A program made the position numbers and the translations under genes. A stretch of DNA of 63,853 bases, filler included, from Basidiobolus ranarum (lineage: Eukaryota): NCBI GenBank assembly GCA_040143965.1. It is 5 parts of 5 records of this genome, joined end to end, with 100 filler letters (N's around TTAATTAATTAA, not from the genome) between each part and the next. Parts side by side here need not be neighbours in the genome. Positions count along the whole stretch, not along the records: positions 51,216 to 63,853 come from JASJQH010000529.1; 4 more parts are not named here. The stretch is one strand, 5' to 3'. Positions within the stretch are counted from its first letter, which is position 1, and every line of letters starts with the position of its first letter. Shown piece after piece: positions 53,721 to 63,853 of the stretch. The notes below the pieces were generated by a model that saw nothing but the letters and a program-made list of their open reading frames with translations, did not search any database and was not told where the DNA came from.

Positions 53721-54305
53721 ATAATTTAGACTATCATGATCTAGTGAGAATGATATCCCTCACACTAATCCCCAATCTCCACTTTTCAACCTCTGATCAC
53801 AGCGACCTGCACCCGTAGAAATGCATCACCCCAGATCAAAATGCTCTCATTTATGCCAGTCTATTTGATCAACCTTAATTTCACTTTTGCCAACGTAATT
53901 TTGTGCTGCATGCGATGAATTGGTGCATTTCTGACTATTACACGAAATTTTCATCCTGAATACACCAAAATTTTTTATGTGGTAACTTGTACTGATTGGT
54001 GGAATTCCAAATATTTCAAGGATCCGAATATCCAATGATTTGCGAATATTGACCCAGATTTCGATGATAAGATTTGCTAAGAGTAGCTGGGAAGTTCGTT
54101 GTTTTTGAGTCGAGCCAACCACGATATTCGAGGTAATTGGTGGTAATTGGTCCGTTTGTGAAAGGCGAGGGTAATTCTGAGAGTATCTTTGGTGATATTG
54201 AAGCGCACCCAGGTTCAATCATTCACTCCGAAATCTACTTATTTTAATCCTCATTTTTCTTTACATACCTTTGTTCTTCTTAAATCACCTAGTGACTTAA
54301 CCGAT

Positions 54306-55963
54306 ATGACTTGTAAGTAGCCTCTTTATACATGTTTTTACGTGACTCAGACGTTTCTTCTTCCTCGGTTTCAGCCGTTATATCAAGATAACTTGACTGA
54401 CATAGTTGCTTTTGATTTCCATAGTTCGGTTCCTCCACCTTGTTAGGCCTTTTATGGCCATTCTACCCGAAGTTTCTGCTCCGGACAGAAAGGTACCCAA
54501 GATCGCTTACTCTATCATCCAGTTTGTACTGACCAGTTGTCATCCAAAAATCTAGGTTCCCTTCAAAAATAAGGTTCTTTGGACAGCCTTAACCTTGTTT
54601 GTTTTCTTGGTGTGCTCCCAAATCCCTCTCTACGGTATCATGTCTTCTGATTCGTCCGATCCACTCTACTGGATGCGTGCCATCTTGGCCTCCAACCGTG
54701 GTACTCTTATGGAACTTGGCATCTCACCAATCGTCACTTCTGGAATGGTTATGCAGTTACTTGCAGGTGCTGGTATTATTAATGTTGATCAAAATTTAAA
54801 GGAGGATAGAGCTTTGTTCAGTGGTGCTCAAAAACGTAAGTTTCTAATATCTTCATTGGAAGTTTCATATTGTTAAATTTTCGTTTTTAGTGTTCGGTTT
54901 AATTATTACCCTCGGCCAAGCAACTATATATGTTTTGACTGGTATGTACGGTGATCCAAAAGACCTTGGAGCTGGTGTTTGCTTCCTTCTCGTCCTTCAG
55001 CTCTTCACCGCCGGCCTCATTATCATTCTTTTGGATGAGTTACTTCAAAAGGGTTATGGACTTGGATCCGGTATCTCCCTTTTCGTTGCCACCAATATCT
55101 GTGAAACTATTGTATGGAAGGCTTTCAGTCCCCGAACCATTGATGTAGGCCGTGGCCCTGAATTCGAGGGAGCTATTATCGCTACATTCTCTATGCTTTT
55201 CGGACGCAATGATAAGATTCGCGCAATTAGAGATGCTCTTTATCGCCCCTACTTGCCCAATGTCATGAATTTGATTGTTACAATTGCTATCTTTGGAGCG
55301 GTTATTTTCCTTCAAGGATTCCGTATTGATATTCCTATCAAGAACACTCGTATCCGTGGTATCCGTGCCACTTATCCCATCAAGTTGTTCTATACCTCTA
55401 ACATGCCTATCATGCTTCAATCCGCTCTTACTTCCAATGTGTTCTTGATCTCCCAAATGCTCTACACTCGTTTCCCCAACAACATTCTCATCCGTCTTCT
55501 TGGTGTCTGGGAAGCCAGTGCTGGATCCAACCAAGTCTTTGCTACTGGTGGTCTTGTTTACTTCATGTCTCCACCCCAAGGATTTGTTGATGCGTTGATT
55601 CATCCAATTCACTTTGTTATATATGTCGCCTTCATGTTGGGCACATGCGCCATGTTCTCTCGTACCTGGGTCGATATTTCCGGCTCTTCTCCTAAAGATG
55701 TTTCCAAGCAATTGAAGGATCAACAAATTGTCCTCGTTGGTCACCGTGAGGATTCTACTTTCAGATATCTTAAGAAGTTGATTCCTCTTGCTGCTACCGT
55801 TGGTGGTATTCTTATTGGTGCCGTTACTGTAGTTGCTGATTTGTTTGGCGCTCTTGGTTCCGGTACTGGTATCTTGATGGCTGTCACCATCATTTATCAA
55901 TACTTCGAGATCTTCGTCAAGGAGCAGCAAGAAGCTGGTTCACTTGAATCACTACTGTTCTAA
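54306..55963 (+). CDS. SEC61: Sec61 alpha translocon subunit (somewhat divergent copy), 4 exons
   Basis: [94 protein letters not shown]; 7-nt first coding exon. Confidence 0.93.
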
Positions 55964-56350
55964 GCTGAACTAGTGTTACCGATCTCTTCGGAGTAGCTCA
56001 TTATGTTTATACATTACTTCTCCTTTAACACAATCTTTAGTAGATTTTCATGAACTCACTCTTCCATCTGTGCGAACGTTGAGCTAATCCCCATCAAAAA
56101 GCTTCTTCTTAATCGTGTATTTTTCTAAGAAAACTTTCGTTTACACCATTTCTTTTTATACTTTTATTTGTTAGTATTTCAACCACCTTTGAAGTTCGCT
56201 TTTTTAATCCAACAAAAACCAAAACCAAACATCAAGTCCAAGTTATTTTCTTATTTTCCGAGTTTTAATCAACCAGTGGAAGACAAGCCAAAGTTTGCTG
56301 ATCTCCTATGCAAAATTCGTTCACTATCCCTGTGTTTCTATAAAGAGTAT

Positions 56351-57754
56351 CTATACACTCTTGCGGGATCTGAGGAGAGTGGTTCTAGTGGTAGTAACGG
56401 TTGTTCGGGAGGGGATTTTTACCTTTTTTTCTTGGAGTTGCACCGCTTCTGTAGTGTCTCTTTTCTTTGTTCTATCACCGAATGACTTCAGGTCAGCAGT
56501 GAATAAAACCTACACAGAAAGTAAGCTTATGAGTATCTTTTCTTGGTAGATCTTTTGTATTTGAAGTATCTACCGAATGAGCCCATCCACTGTATTCACC
56601 AAATAGATCCCTGAAATGATTTCCAACCTCTGTGTAGATTTTGGGGGTTAAACTTTTTACTGGTTTCCCGTCTAGAAATCCATAGTCTCTTTTAGCAATT
56701 TGCCACACATGTGTATCGACGGGGATTGCTTCATGTTTATCCAATGACATCAAACACTAAGAACGTATTTAATACAGGGGATGATATGACATACATTTGA
56801 TAAATCTTACCACACAATCAGCCACTTTAGCCCCAACCTTGCAAGTCAAAGAGCAGTCAAAACCAATGCATGGATGAAATGAAAAGCCACAAATAAACCT
56901 ACCCCGGGGAGTTTCATCAATTCTGCATGCACTTCAGAATAAGGAATATCACGTAAAGAGAGTAACCAAGACCTTGGATCCGAATGATTCACTACCAGAT
57001 GGTTTGCCGTACCACGAATAAATTTAGCTCTATAACCAAAGCCCAACTTTCTTAATTCCAATTCCACTTCATTATCTTTCAACTTCTCCAATTCTGGGAA
57101 AGTAAAAAAACTCTCCTCTCCAATTTTACCTACATAATCCCCATACTTTACACATAACTTTTCCACCTGAATAGATGATTCCCAATTTAATCTCATTAAA
57201 CACCGATGTATGTACATAGAGATATATACCACTTACCATTTGTGATATTCGTTTGATATTGTTATTTGAGGAACAAATAAACGATATGAGATTTTCCACT
57301 GGGTCCTGACGTAAAATTCTTATTCCCAAGAAGTGTTCACTCTTATTAGCGAAGTTTTCGTCCACTGAATTCCAACGTTTATAGCATTGGTCAAGATCAA
57401 CCTTTAGTTGAAAATAGTCTGTCAAGAGTTCTTCTAAACCATCTACTTTCTCGGAATATGTACAGTATTCAAGTGAATCTTCTATTTTACCACCGTTCCT
57501 CTATTTTAGTAAAAACTTTCACTTGAAAATAGTAAGTATCTTTACCTGTCTGTCTAAGTGTGACCAAAGTATTATTTAGCACGTTGGACCTTCAAGATAA
57601 GTCAGAAAGAGAGAGACAAGGGAGGAGGGGGAGAAAGGAGTAAATACCATTCTGTTTCACCAGTTTTTTTCCAGCGAAAAGTTTGTCCAGAATTCAGAGT
57701 AGTGTCTAAGTGTAACTCGGTTGAGTGTACTTTTATGGAATTCCACTGTGTCAT
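56351..57754 (-). CDS. OGG1: 8-oxoguanine DNA glycosylase, multi-exon
   Basis: ELHLDTTLNSGQTFRW, GIRILRQDPVENLISFICSSNNNIKRISQM, LRKLGFGYRAKFI, HhH LPGVGAKVADCVCLMSLDK, IPVDTHVWQIAKRDY, YSGWAHSVLFTADL. Confidence 0.95.
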
Positions 57755-57875
57755 ACGTCTCAAGTAAGGTAGAGAATAATTTCTTGGGAATAATATTAAA
57801 GATGGTCTGAAAATACTCAAGTAGAACATACTCATTCCTTTTTTATTATCGATCATTTACACCTATCGAATTGTA

Positions 57876-60080
57876 TTAAAATCGACTCAATTGGGATGCG
57901 TGATATTCCGCCTCTGCCGCACTAAGTCTTTCATGAGGTAAGTACATCCTCTCCGGATAGAAGATGAAATCGGTAGGATGATTCTTAAAATTCTCCAATT
58001 TTGAAGTGTACCTATTTATCGATCAATCACCGATCAATCACCGATCAATCGTCTGGTTAGTCATCCAATATGAAGCAAGAATCTAAGATGGGATATCACT
58101 TACAAATCAGCAAAATTACACACTTTGTGGGCGAAATAAGTTGGATTTGTATGAGTTCTGAACACCGATCCAAAGTGTGGATTAAATGCATTCTTAAGTT
58201 TCTCTCTGTATTCGCGACGTTCTTCACGTAATGATTCCAATAAAGAGTAATAGGTGTCTGTACGATTCTTCCGCTCTGATTGAATTTTACGTATAAGGTA
58301 TTCCAGTTCTAACATCCATTGAAGATCATTCCGATATTTTTCCGAATTATCAATATTAATTTCTTCCTCCAATTCACTGATAATGGCTCCAGTACGCCAG
58401 CCTTGCTGAGAAGCAGGGTCGATAAGATCTGAATAGATATTGTCTCCAATGTACATTACATTCCCCCTAGAAATACACCCAAGTTAGCTGAATCTTACTT
58501 TCATTCAATATCCATAGAAACTCACCCCGTCCTACAGGTAAATTATGGTTAATATAGCGTTGGAGATTGGTCATATTTTCAATCCACTTACCAGCCGGTC
58601 AGCTTACTGAACTGCTTGATATTTCCACCTTGATACACTTCCCCAGGAACAAAACTGTTAACATAGTCCCAAGAAGCCGTAGCATACTTAGAATGACAGG
58701 TATGAACCTTGCGGAATGGTCTACTTGAATTGTAGAAGTGAGGTTTGTTTGAAGCGAAGATGCATACATCAAACAAATTTCTCCAGTTATGAGAAGAGGT
58801 CATGTAACTCATACCACGATCACTATAGAAATCCCCAAAAGTTAGATGAATCTGCTATTCCAAAGGGAGATTAAGTGAGTGAATATTTACACGAAAGCGT
58901 AGCTACTGTTTGTTAGTAGAAATAGTTTCTTTCCATTTTTACGTAGATTTTCCAGATACTCCACAATGGTAGGATTCTTCTTTAAATACACATCAATGCT
59001 TTTCATCATTTCAACATGGATGACGGCTAGACCAGTGGAATCGGCCGTGTGTAATAGTCGTCCCATTTTCCAGATATCATCAGCTAAATATCTGGGATGA
59101 AAGCTAAATAGAGATTCATGTAAGATGTTTAAGATTTGAAGGAAGAGAATATGGGAATTGCACAGTACCGTATATTATGATCTACGAAGTACTGAATCAC
59201 ATCGGCTAACAAGCAAGCTTCAGGGATACTGAACATGTCAATCAATTGACGCATATTCTTTTCAAGATAATTAGGAGAAACATGAATTCCGTGGTGTCGT
59301 TCGATAATCAAATCTCTATTCTTAATACGTTCTCGACCGTAATGTACGGTAGTCAATTGTATGTTATGGAATCCATCTATCTTCATCATCCAACCGGTCT
59401 GAAAATCTAAACCATTCATAAGTTAGTGGAATTCTATGAATGGGTGGATTCCTTGAGGCTTTTAATATACTCACCATAATGCAAGCCACGAATAGCGAAT
59501 TTAGGATCGTAAGCTAGGTCTTTAAGTCCACTTGGATACTTCAAATGGTCAACTAACATGTCTCGCACTTTGGTGTAAATCATAATGGGTAGCATATCAG
59601 AGTAATTCGCCAAAGTGTACTATAAAAGGAGTCAGTCAAAACAAAAGAAAGGTTGAAATCCTGAATAGTTTCCTTACATCATAATCGAAACCATAGACTG
59701 ATATCTTATTCAAGTTAATCTCGTTATTTGCAAAACTAGAAGAAATTTACCCCCAACAGAAATAAAATTAATAAGTTTCTTTTATAAAGCAAGACAGTAA
59801 CTTACACATGGTTATTATGTATAAGGTGGTTTGGGTTAGTGTGAGGTTTATCAGCGAAAATGGTCTGTTTACGTTGATAGTAACGTTCAATCAGATCAAT
59901 CTCCAAGCTCCCATTAGGCGAGTTTAAGTCCGTCTTAATATCAGGAAATTTCCTATCACCAGTACCTAGACTAGTATGGAGTCTTCGTGTAGACGTTTGT
60001 AGCAGTAGAGGATAAAATGCTCTAACTTGCTTGGCTTGAAAAATCGTTGAAACGATTTTCTTAGAGGGTGTGGTATACAT
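57876..60080 (-). CDS. HAD-family 5'-nucleotidase domain protein (NT5DC2/3-like) with presequence-like N-terminus, multi-exon
   Basis: VYGFDYDYTLANY, YDPKFAIRGLHYD, FLLTNSSYAFVDRGM, KPHFYNSSRPFR, VMYIGDNIYSDL, GWRTGAIISELEEEI, FNPHFGSVFRT. Confidence 0.92.
58020..58050. repeat. 11-bp tandem repeat in an NT5DC intron
   Basis: CGATCAATCAC x about 2.8. Confidence 0.9.
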
Positions 60081-60211
60081 GAATTATGGTGATTAAAGCT
60101 TGAGATAGATAATATTATGCAAGCAATTTCTATTCTTTATTATATATTATTCTCAAGGAATGTGTAGGTTGTATGATACAGATTAATCCGGACTGTCATT
60201 TCAGCCATTGC

Positions 60212-60243
60212 TATAGCCACAACCCCATATAGCCACAACCCCA
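60212..60243. repeat. 16-bp tandem duplication in the NT5DC upstream region
   Basis: TATAGCCACAACCCCA x2. Confidence 0.95.
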
Positions 60244-60739
60244 ATTTCAATGCTGGATTCGTTCTGCAGAATCCATAGTAATGAAACTGTGCTGTATGAG
60301 TCTAACTGGATATAATAAAATAAGTGTGACGTCAGGAGAATGATCGATCACCTGACTATTCAAAGTAATCTATCATGTTGACTTATTGTTCATATTTTTG
60401 TCTCATTTTTGGATTATGAAGAATCCTTTTATTTATAGTAATAATACTGCTTATCTAGTCCTCAAGATGAGCTTGCGATGACTGCATAATTTTGCATTTA
60501 GTGGTTATCTATAATGTTGACCTCTGACACCACAGTGTGTAGTTCCATATCTTGAATATCCTTTACTTTTATCGCTGTCGCAATAGATGTTCTAGTAAGC
60601 AACTTTTCAAATTCATTTGACATGCTCTACAAGAATCTGAGATACTAGAATTAGATACATAAGTACTCATAAATCATGTCTAGCCTTTTAAGAATTGATT
60701 GCCTAAATATTGAAATAAGTTAAACTCATCACATCCATT

Positions 60740-61087
60740 TGTTAAAGTATTTGGGAGCCTGTTGGAAGTGGTTTGGAGAATTAGAGGAATTGGTGGATTT
60801 CACTTATTGATTTATTGAGTAGAAAGGTGACATTTATAGTTTTGTCACGATGTAAGCAAACTAATGTGTAGAATGTGTTAAGGAAGGTCCCAGGACCATG
60901 TGTGCAAAGTTTGGAACTTCTAGTACAAGTTATCAAAATCTATATATCTGAGAACTTCTAAGTTGGTGTCAATATTCTAAGTAAATTCCAGTTGAGAATA
61001 ATGGATAATATCTTAGTGAAATATAAGATAACTAAGTACTAAGCTATATATGACTATATAGGTGTTTAGGCAATGCTAATTTCAACA
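60740..61087 (-). mobile_element. Solo-LTR-like dispersed repeat, copy 2
   Basis: Reverse complement of 47751-48079 along its whole length. Flanks CCATT/GTATG do not form a TSD. Confidence 0.75.
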
Positions 61088-61312
61088 GTATGGACAAAAG
61101 TATAAATGTTAACTAACATTCAATAAATCATTGAAGGGAAACAACTAATTCTTCAAGTTCTTCAAAACACTTTAAAAATCTGTAGCTAACTCATTTCTAA
61201 CATAAATCTGAGCAATTCAGTCTATAAAAGAAAGCATAATGTACAAACATTTCTGATGAATACAAGAGTGAATATAGAGTATTCAAAATAATTGAAGCAA
61301 CATCAGCGTGTC

Positions 61313-61620
61313 TGCTAAAGAATTTGGGAAGTGGTTTGGAGAATTAGAGAAATTGGTGGTTTTCACTTATTGATTCATCAAGTGTTTAGTTGACATTTGT
61401 AATTTTGTCGAGATGTAAACAAACTAACATGCAGAATGTGTTAAGGAAGGTCCCAGGAACATATGTGCAAAGTTTGAGACTTCTTTGAAGAGTCTATATA
61501 TGAGAACTCCCAAGTAAATTTCTCTTGAAAATAATGGGTAATATCTGAGTTCAATATAGGATAACTAAATACTAAGTTATATATAACTATATAGGTGTTT
61601 AGGCAATGCTAATTTCAACA
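61313..61620 (-). mobile_element. Solo-LTR-like dispersed repeat, copy 3
   Basis: Diverged direct repeat of copy 2 with small deletions. Flanks GTGTC/GTATC look like a 5-bp TSD. Confidence 0.75.
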
Positions 61621-62824
61621 GTATCTTTATGCATCTTTTTTCCTCACCAAATCTATTTCAGATCTAATCATAAAATTATGAAATCTATTTATTGTAGTGC
61701 AGAGTCCATCAAATTTTACAAAATAATAATTTCTTCTTAATATTGACAGTCAACAATTTAGTTTCCATGTATGTATGTACCTGATACATCTGTAAGGTGT
61801 AGTCTCTTGATAGCTATTTCCCAAAAAACTTGACCTATATGTCAGATATTTGAAGTTATGTGTAATTGAATTGTATTCTAGCTCAGTTGAGGATATCATA
61901 TACTACAGTTATATTGCATACTACCTTAGCCATCTTTATGGTAAAGTCCTATTTCTGAGCACAGAATAAATATCTTTCAAGTAAAACCTTTGTCAAAGTC
62001 AAGAAGTCCACTAGAGATGTGAGTTTCTAGGCTTAGTACTTTGGTCTGTTCAGTATATTCATTACTGTATTATCAAACAATGATAATGTTGGTAATATAG
62101 AAATATTCAGTACTTTGGTTATCTCTTGTAACAAAGCTTACTTTCATAGACCATTTGGTAAAAAGAAATATGTCCAAGTATATTTTTTATCTGAAGAAAT
62201 AACTAATTTCCTGGCCATGTGATTTTTGGGGGATCAAGTCAGTAATGATTTTAAGAAATCTAGTGATATACCCCTATTACACTAGACTACATATATATAT
62301 ATTATGATCCAATGTTGCCACTGCATTGTGTTCATATATTGAGATCGCTCCATAATATATGTATATTTGATGATCCGATGTTACAAATCAGTTTATAGTA
62401 GTTGATCAGATATGATCTTGTGGAATCCGAGATAGACAGCATAGTCACCGCATGTTCACTGTATACTTTCATGATATTTCGTGTACCGTTACGGTAGCCA
62501 CAGCATCATGGTAACCACAGCAAACACAAAAGTATGACCTGTTTAGCAACCCAGAAGATTGTCGAGCACAGGAACCACAGTTAGATGAGATAAGTTTGGA
62601 TACACACTAAACATATTGCCTATTCATGCTACGAAAGCCTAGAGTTGCTAATGATCATTAAAATTCTAAAGCGTGTTAGATAAAAATCATCATACAACGT
62701 TCCTTAACTAGTTCGTGCAGAGCACCCATATGCCACACCACACACCCCACACAGAATACTGACTGACGAGAAAACGTGGATCAAGAAAAGTGCTGGGAGA
62801 GAGCATTATTAATAAATGCGGGCA

Positions 62825-63407
62825 CTACGATAGTCTGAGAGGAGTACTACTGATTAAAGGCTTACTGGGTAAATCGATGGAATGATTCCGTCCTTCCGAA
62901 GTCATCGTTCCCCTAAAATATCGCTCAAGTTCCTATAGAACAAATTGGCCACTAAAGTAAGTGCTAATATGTCTAATTCAAGGCAAATTTCATTCTATTC
63001 CATACCCCATCTCGATCTTCAGTAAAAGGAATTGCCGTATCAGGAGGTAGGAGCTGTCCCTTCTTAATAAATACTAAAAGAGTAGGCATAGCAAGTGATC
63101 TATGTTGGATCTACCTTTAATAGTATTCCTGATACACTGAGGCCCATAGGCACTCCGTCTTGCAAAAGATGAATTTTCCAAATGGATAAGTTCTACCCGT
63201 CGATCTAGAGTCAGTTGATTAACAGCCTAAAAAGGGATAATTCTGGACTGCCATGAGTTGGCTTTACTCCGTAGAATTCCAAGATTACCTTATTGACATT
63301 TAACATCATGGAGTAATGAAGAGTTCAATGGCTAAGGATTTTGGTCAAAGAGGAGAGAGAGCGGGATAAGGGCTGCAATGTAGAGCTCATTGCTCTGGAA
63401 TACTCCA
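62825..63407 (-). pseudogene. Possible spliced gene remnant, product unknown
   Basis: Three GT-AG introns join a frame ...LLHDVNVNK|AVNQLTLDRRVELIHLENSSFARRSAYGPQCIRNTIK|VFIKKGQLLPPDTAIPFTEDRDG|ELERYFRGTMT...RLS*. There is an upstream in-frame TAG and no clear start. Confidence 0.3.
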
Positions 63408-63712
63408 CTTCATTGTGAAAAGTGGCTTACATGATCTTATAACAATAATAAATTAAAAATATATGTATTAACTAGTGTTCATGCTCGTGCTCATCCATAC
63501 CTATCATAGTTACATATAGTGCCATTTCTAGATCCAGAAACTCCGCTCTTAGAGAAAACTGATTCGTTGAGTTTTCATTGTAAGTGCTGGAACTAGACGT
63601 ACTCAAAGTTTTACTGATTCGTATTACATGTATATCTCATACGACTATAAAAACCGATTCATTCTCTGAATATCAGCCAACAAAACTAAATATTAGCCAA
63701 CTAGATTTGAAG

Positions 63713-63853
63713 ATGCGCTACAACGATCCAATCTTCCAAGTATTCCTTGTAGGAATGGTGTGCTTCTGCTGTCCTGGTATGTACAACGTCATCAACGGTA
63801 TGGGTGCCGGTGGCCAGATGGATGATAGTACTGCTAAGGATGGTAATGTAGCC
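63713..63853 (+). CDS. UNC-93-like MFS membrane protein, N-terminus (truncated by window end)
   Basis: MRYNDPIFQVFLVGMVCFCCPGMYNVINGMGAGGQMD matches the family motif QV..VG.VCFCCPGMFNAL.GLG.GG. Confidence 0.88.
   Translation, partial: MRYNDPIFQVFLVGMVCFCCPGMYNVINGMGAGGQMDDSTAKDGNVA

Noticed and set aside
53696..53796. Possible C/D box snoRNA (GTGATGA ... CTGA)
   Set aside because: No convincing terminal stem or recognisable rRNA guide, and the region is better explained as a promoter.
53847..54222. Two overlapping minus-strand ORFs between RPL18 and SEC61; also ORFs 641-925 and 2402-2641
   Set aside because: No recognisable motifs or gene structure; probably chance ORFs in intergenic DNA.
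55040..55930. Long antisense ORFs (55040-55930, 50322-51038, 30656-31054, 15215-15763, 5930-6295)
   Set aside because: They are shadows of codon-biased, conserved genes on the opposite strand.

Overview
This is eukaryotic, intron-rich, AT-rich fungal genomic DNA. It looks like an early-diverging fungus (Zoopagomycota/Mucoromycota-like, possibly Basidiobolus), but the taxon is my inference. The window is not contiguous: five unrelated contigs of about 12.6-12.7 kb in descending length are joined by artificial 100-bp N44-TTAATTAATTAA-N44 spacers (12727-12826, 25541-25640, 38339-38438, 51116-51215). Most genes are housekeeping: Spt23/Mga2-like factor, CreC, SUB2, PMT2, FUBP-like KH protein, Nup133, Pirh2-like, SGT1, QCR2, G-alpha, bZIP-DUF3425, enoyl-CoA isomerase, asparagine synthetase, ATP2, RPL18, Sec61, OGG1, NT5DC and UNC-93-like. 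The best second-look items are: (1) an intact gene built from the N-terminal half of a Sola-type transposase with no catalytic domain, a possible domestication; (2) an asparagine synthetase leader with clustered Gcn4-type sites and two uORFs, one weakly like an attenuator peptide; (3) disabled copies of ATP16 and glutathione reductase, pointing to genome duplication with gene loss; (4) a secreted tectonin-like lectin; (5) a three-copy solo-LTR-like family; (6) a small three-exon orphan gene and a 6-nt microexon, both missed by the ORF track. I see no rRNA, tRNA or CRISPR, and no clustered multi-gene novel system that I can support.
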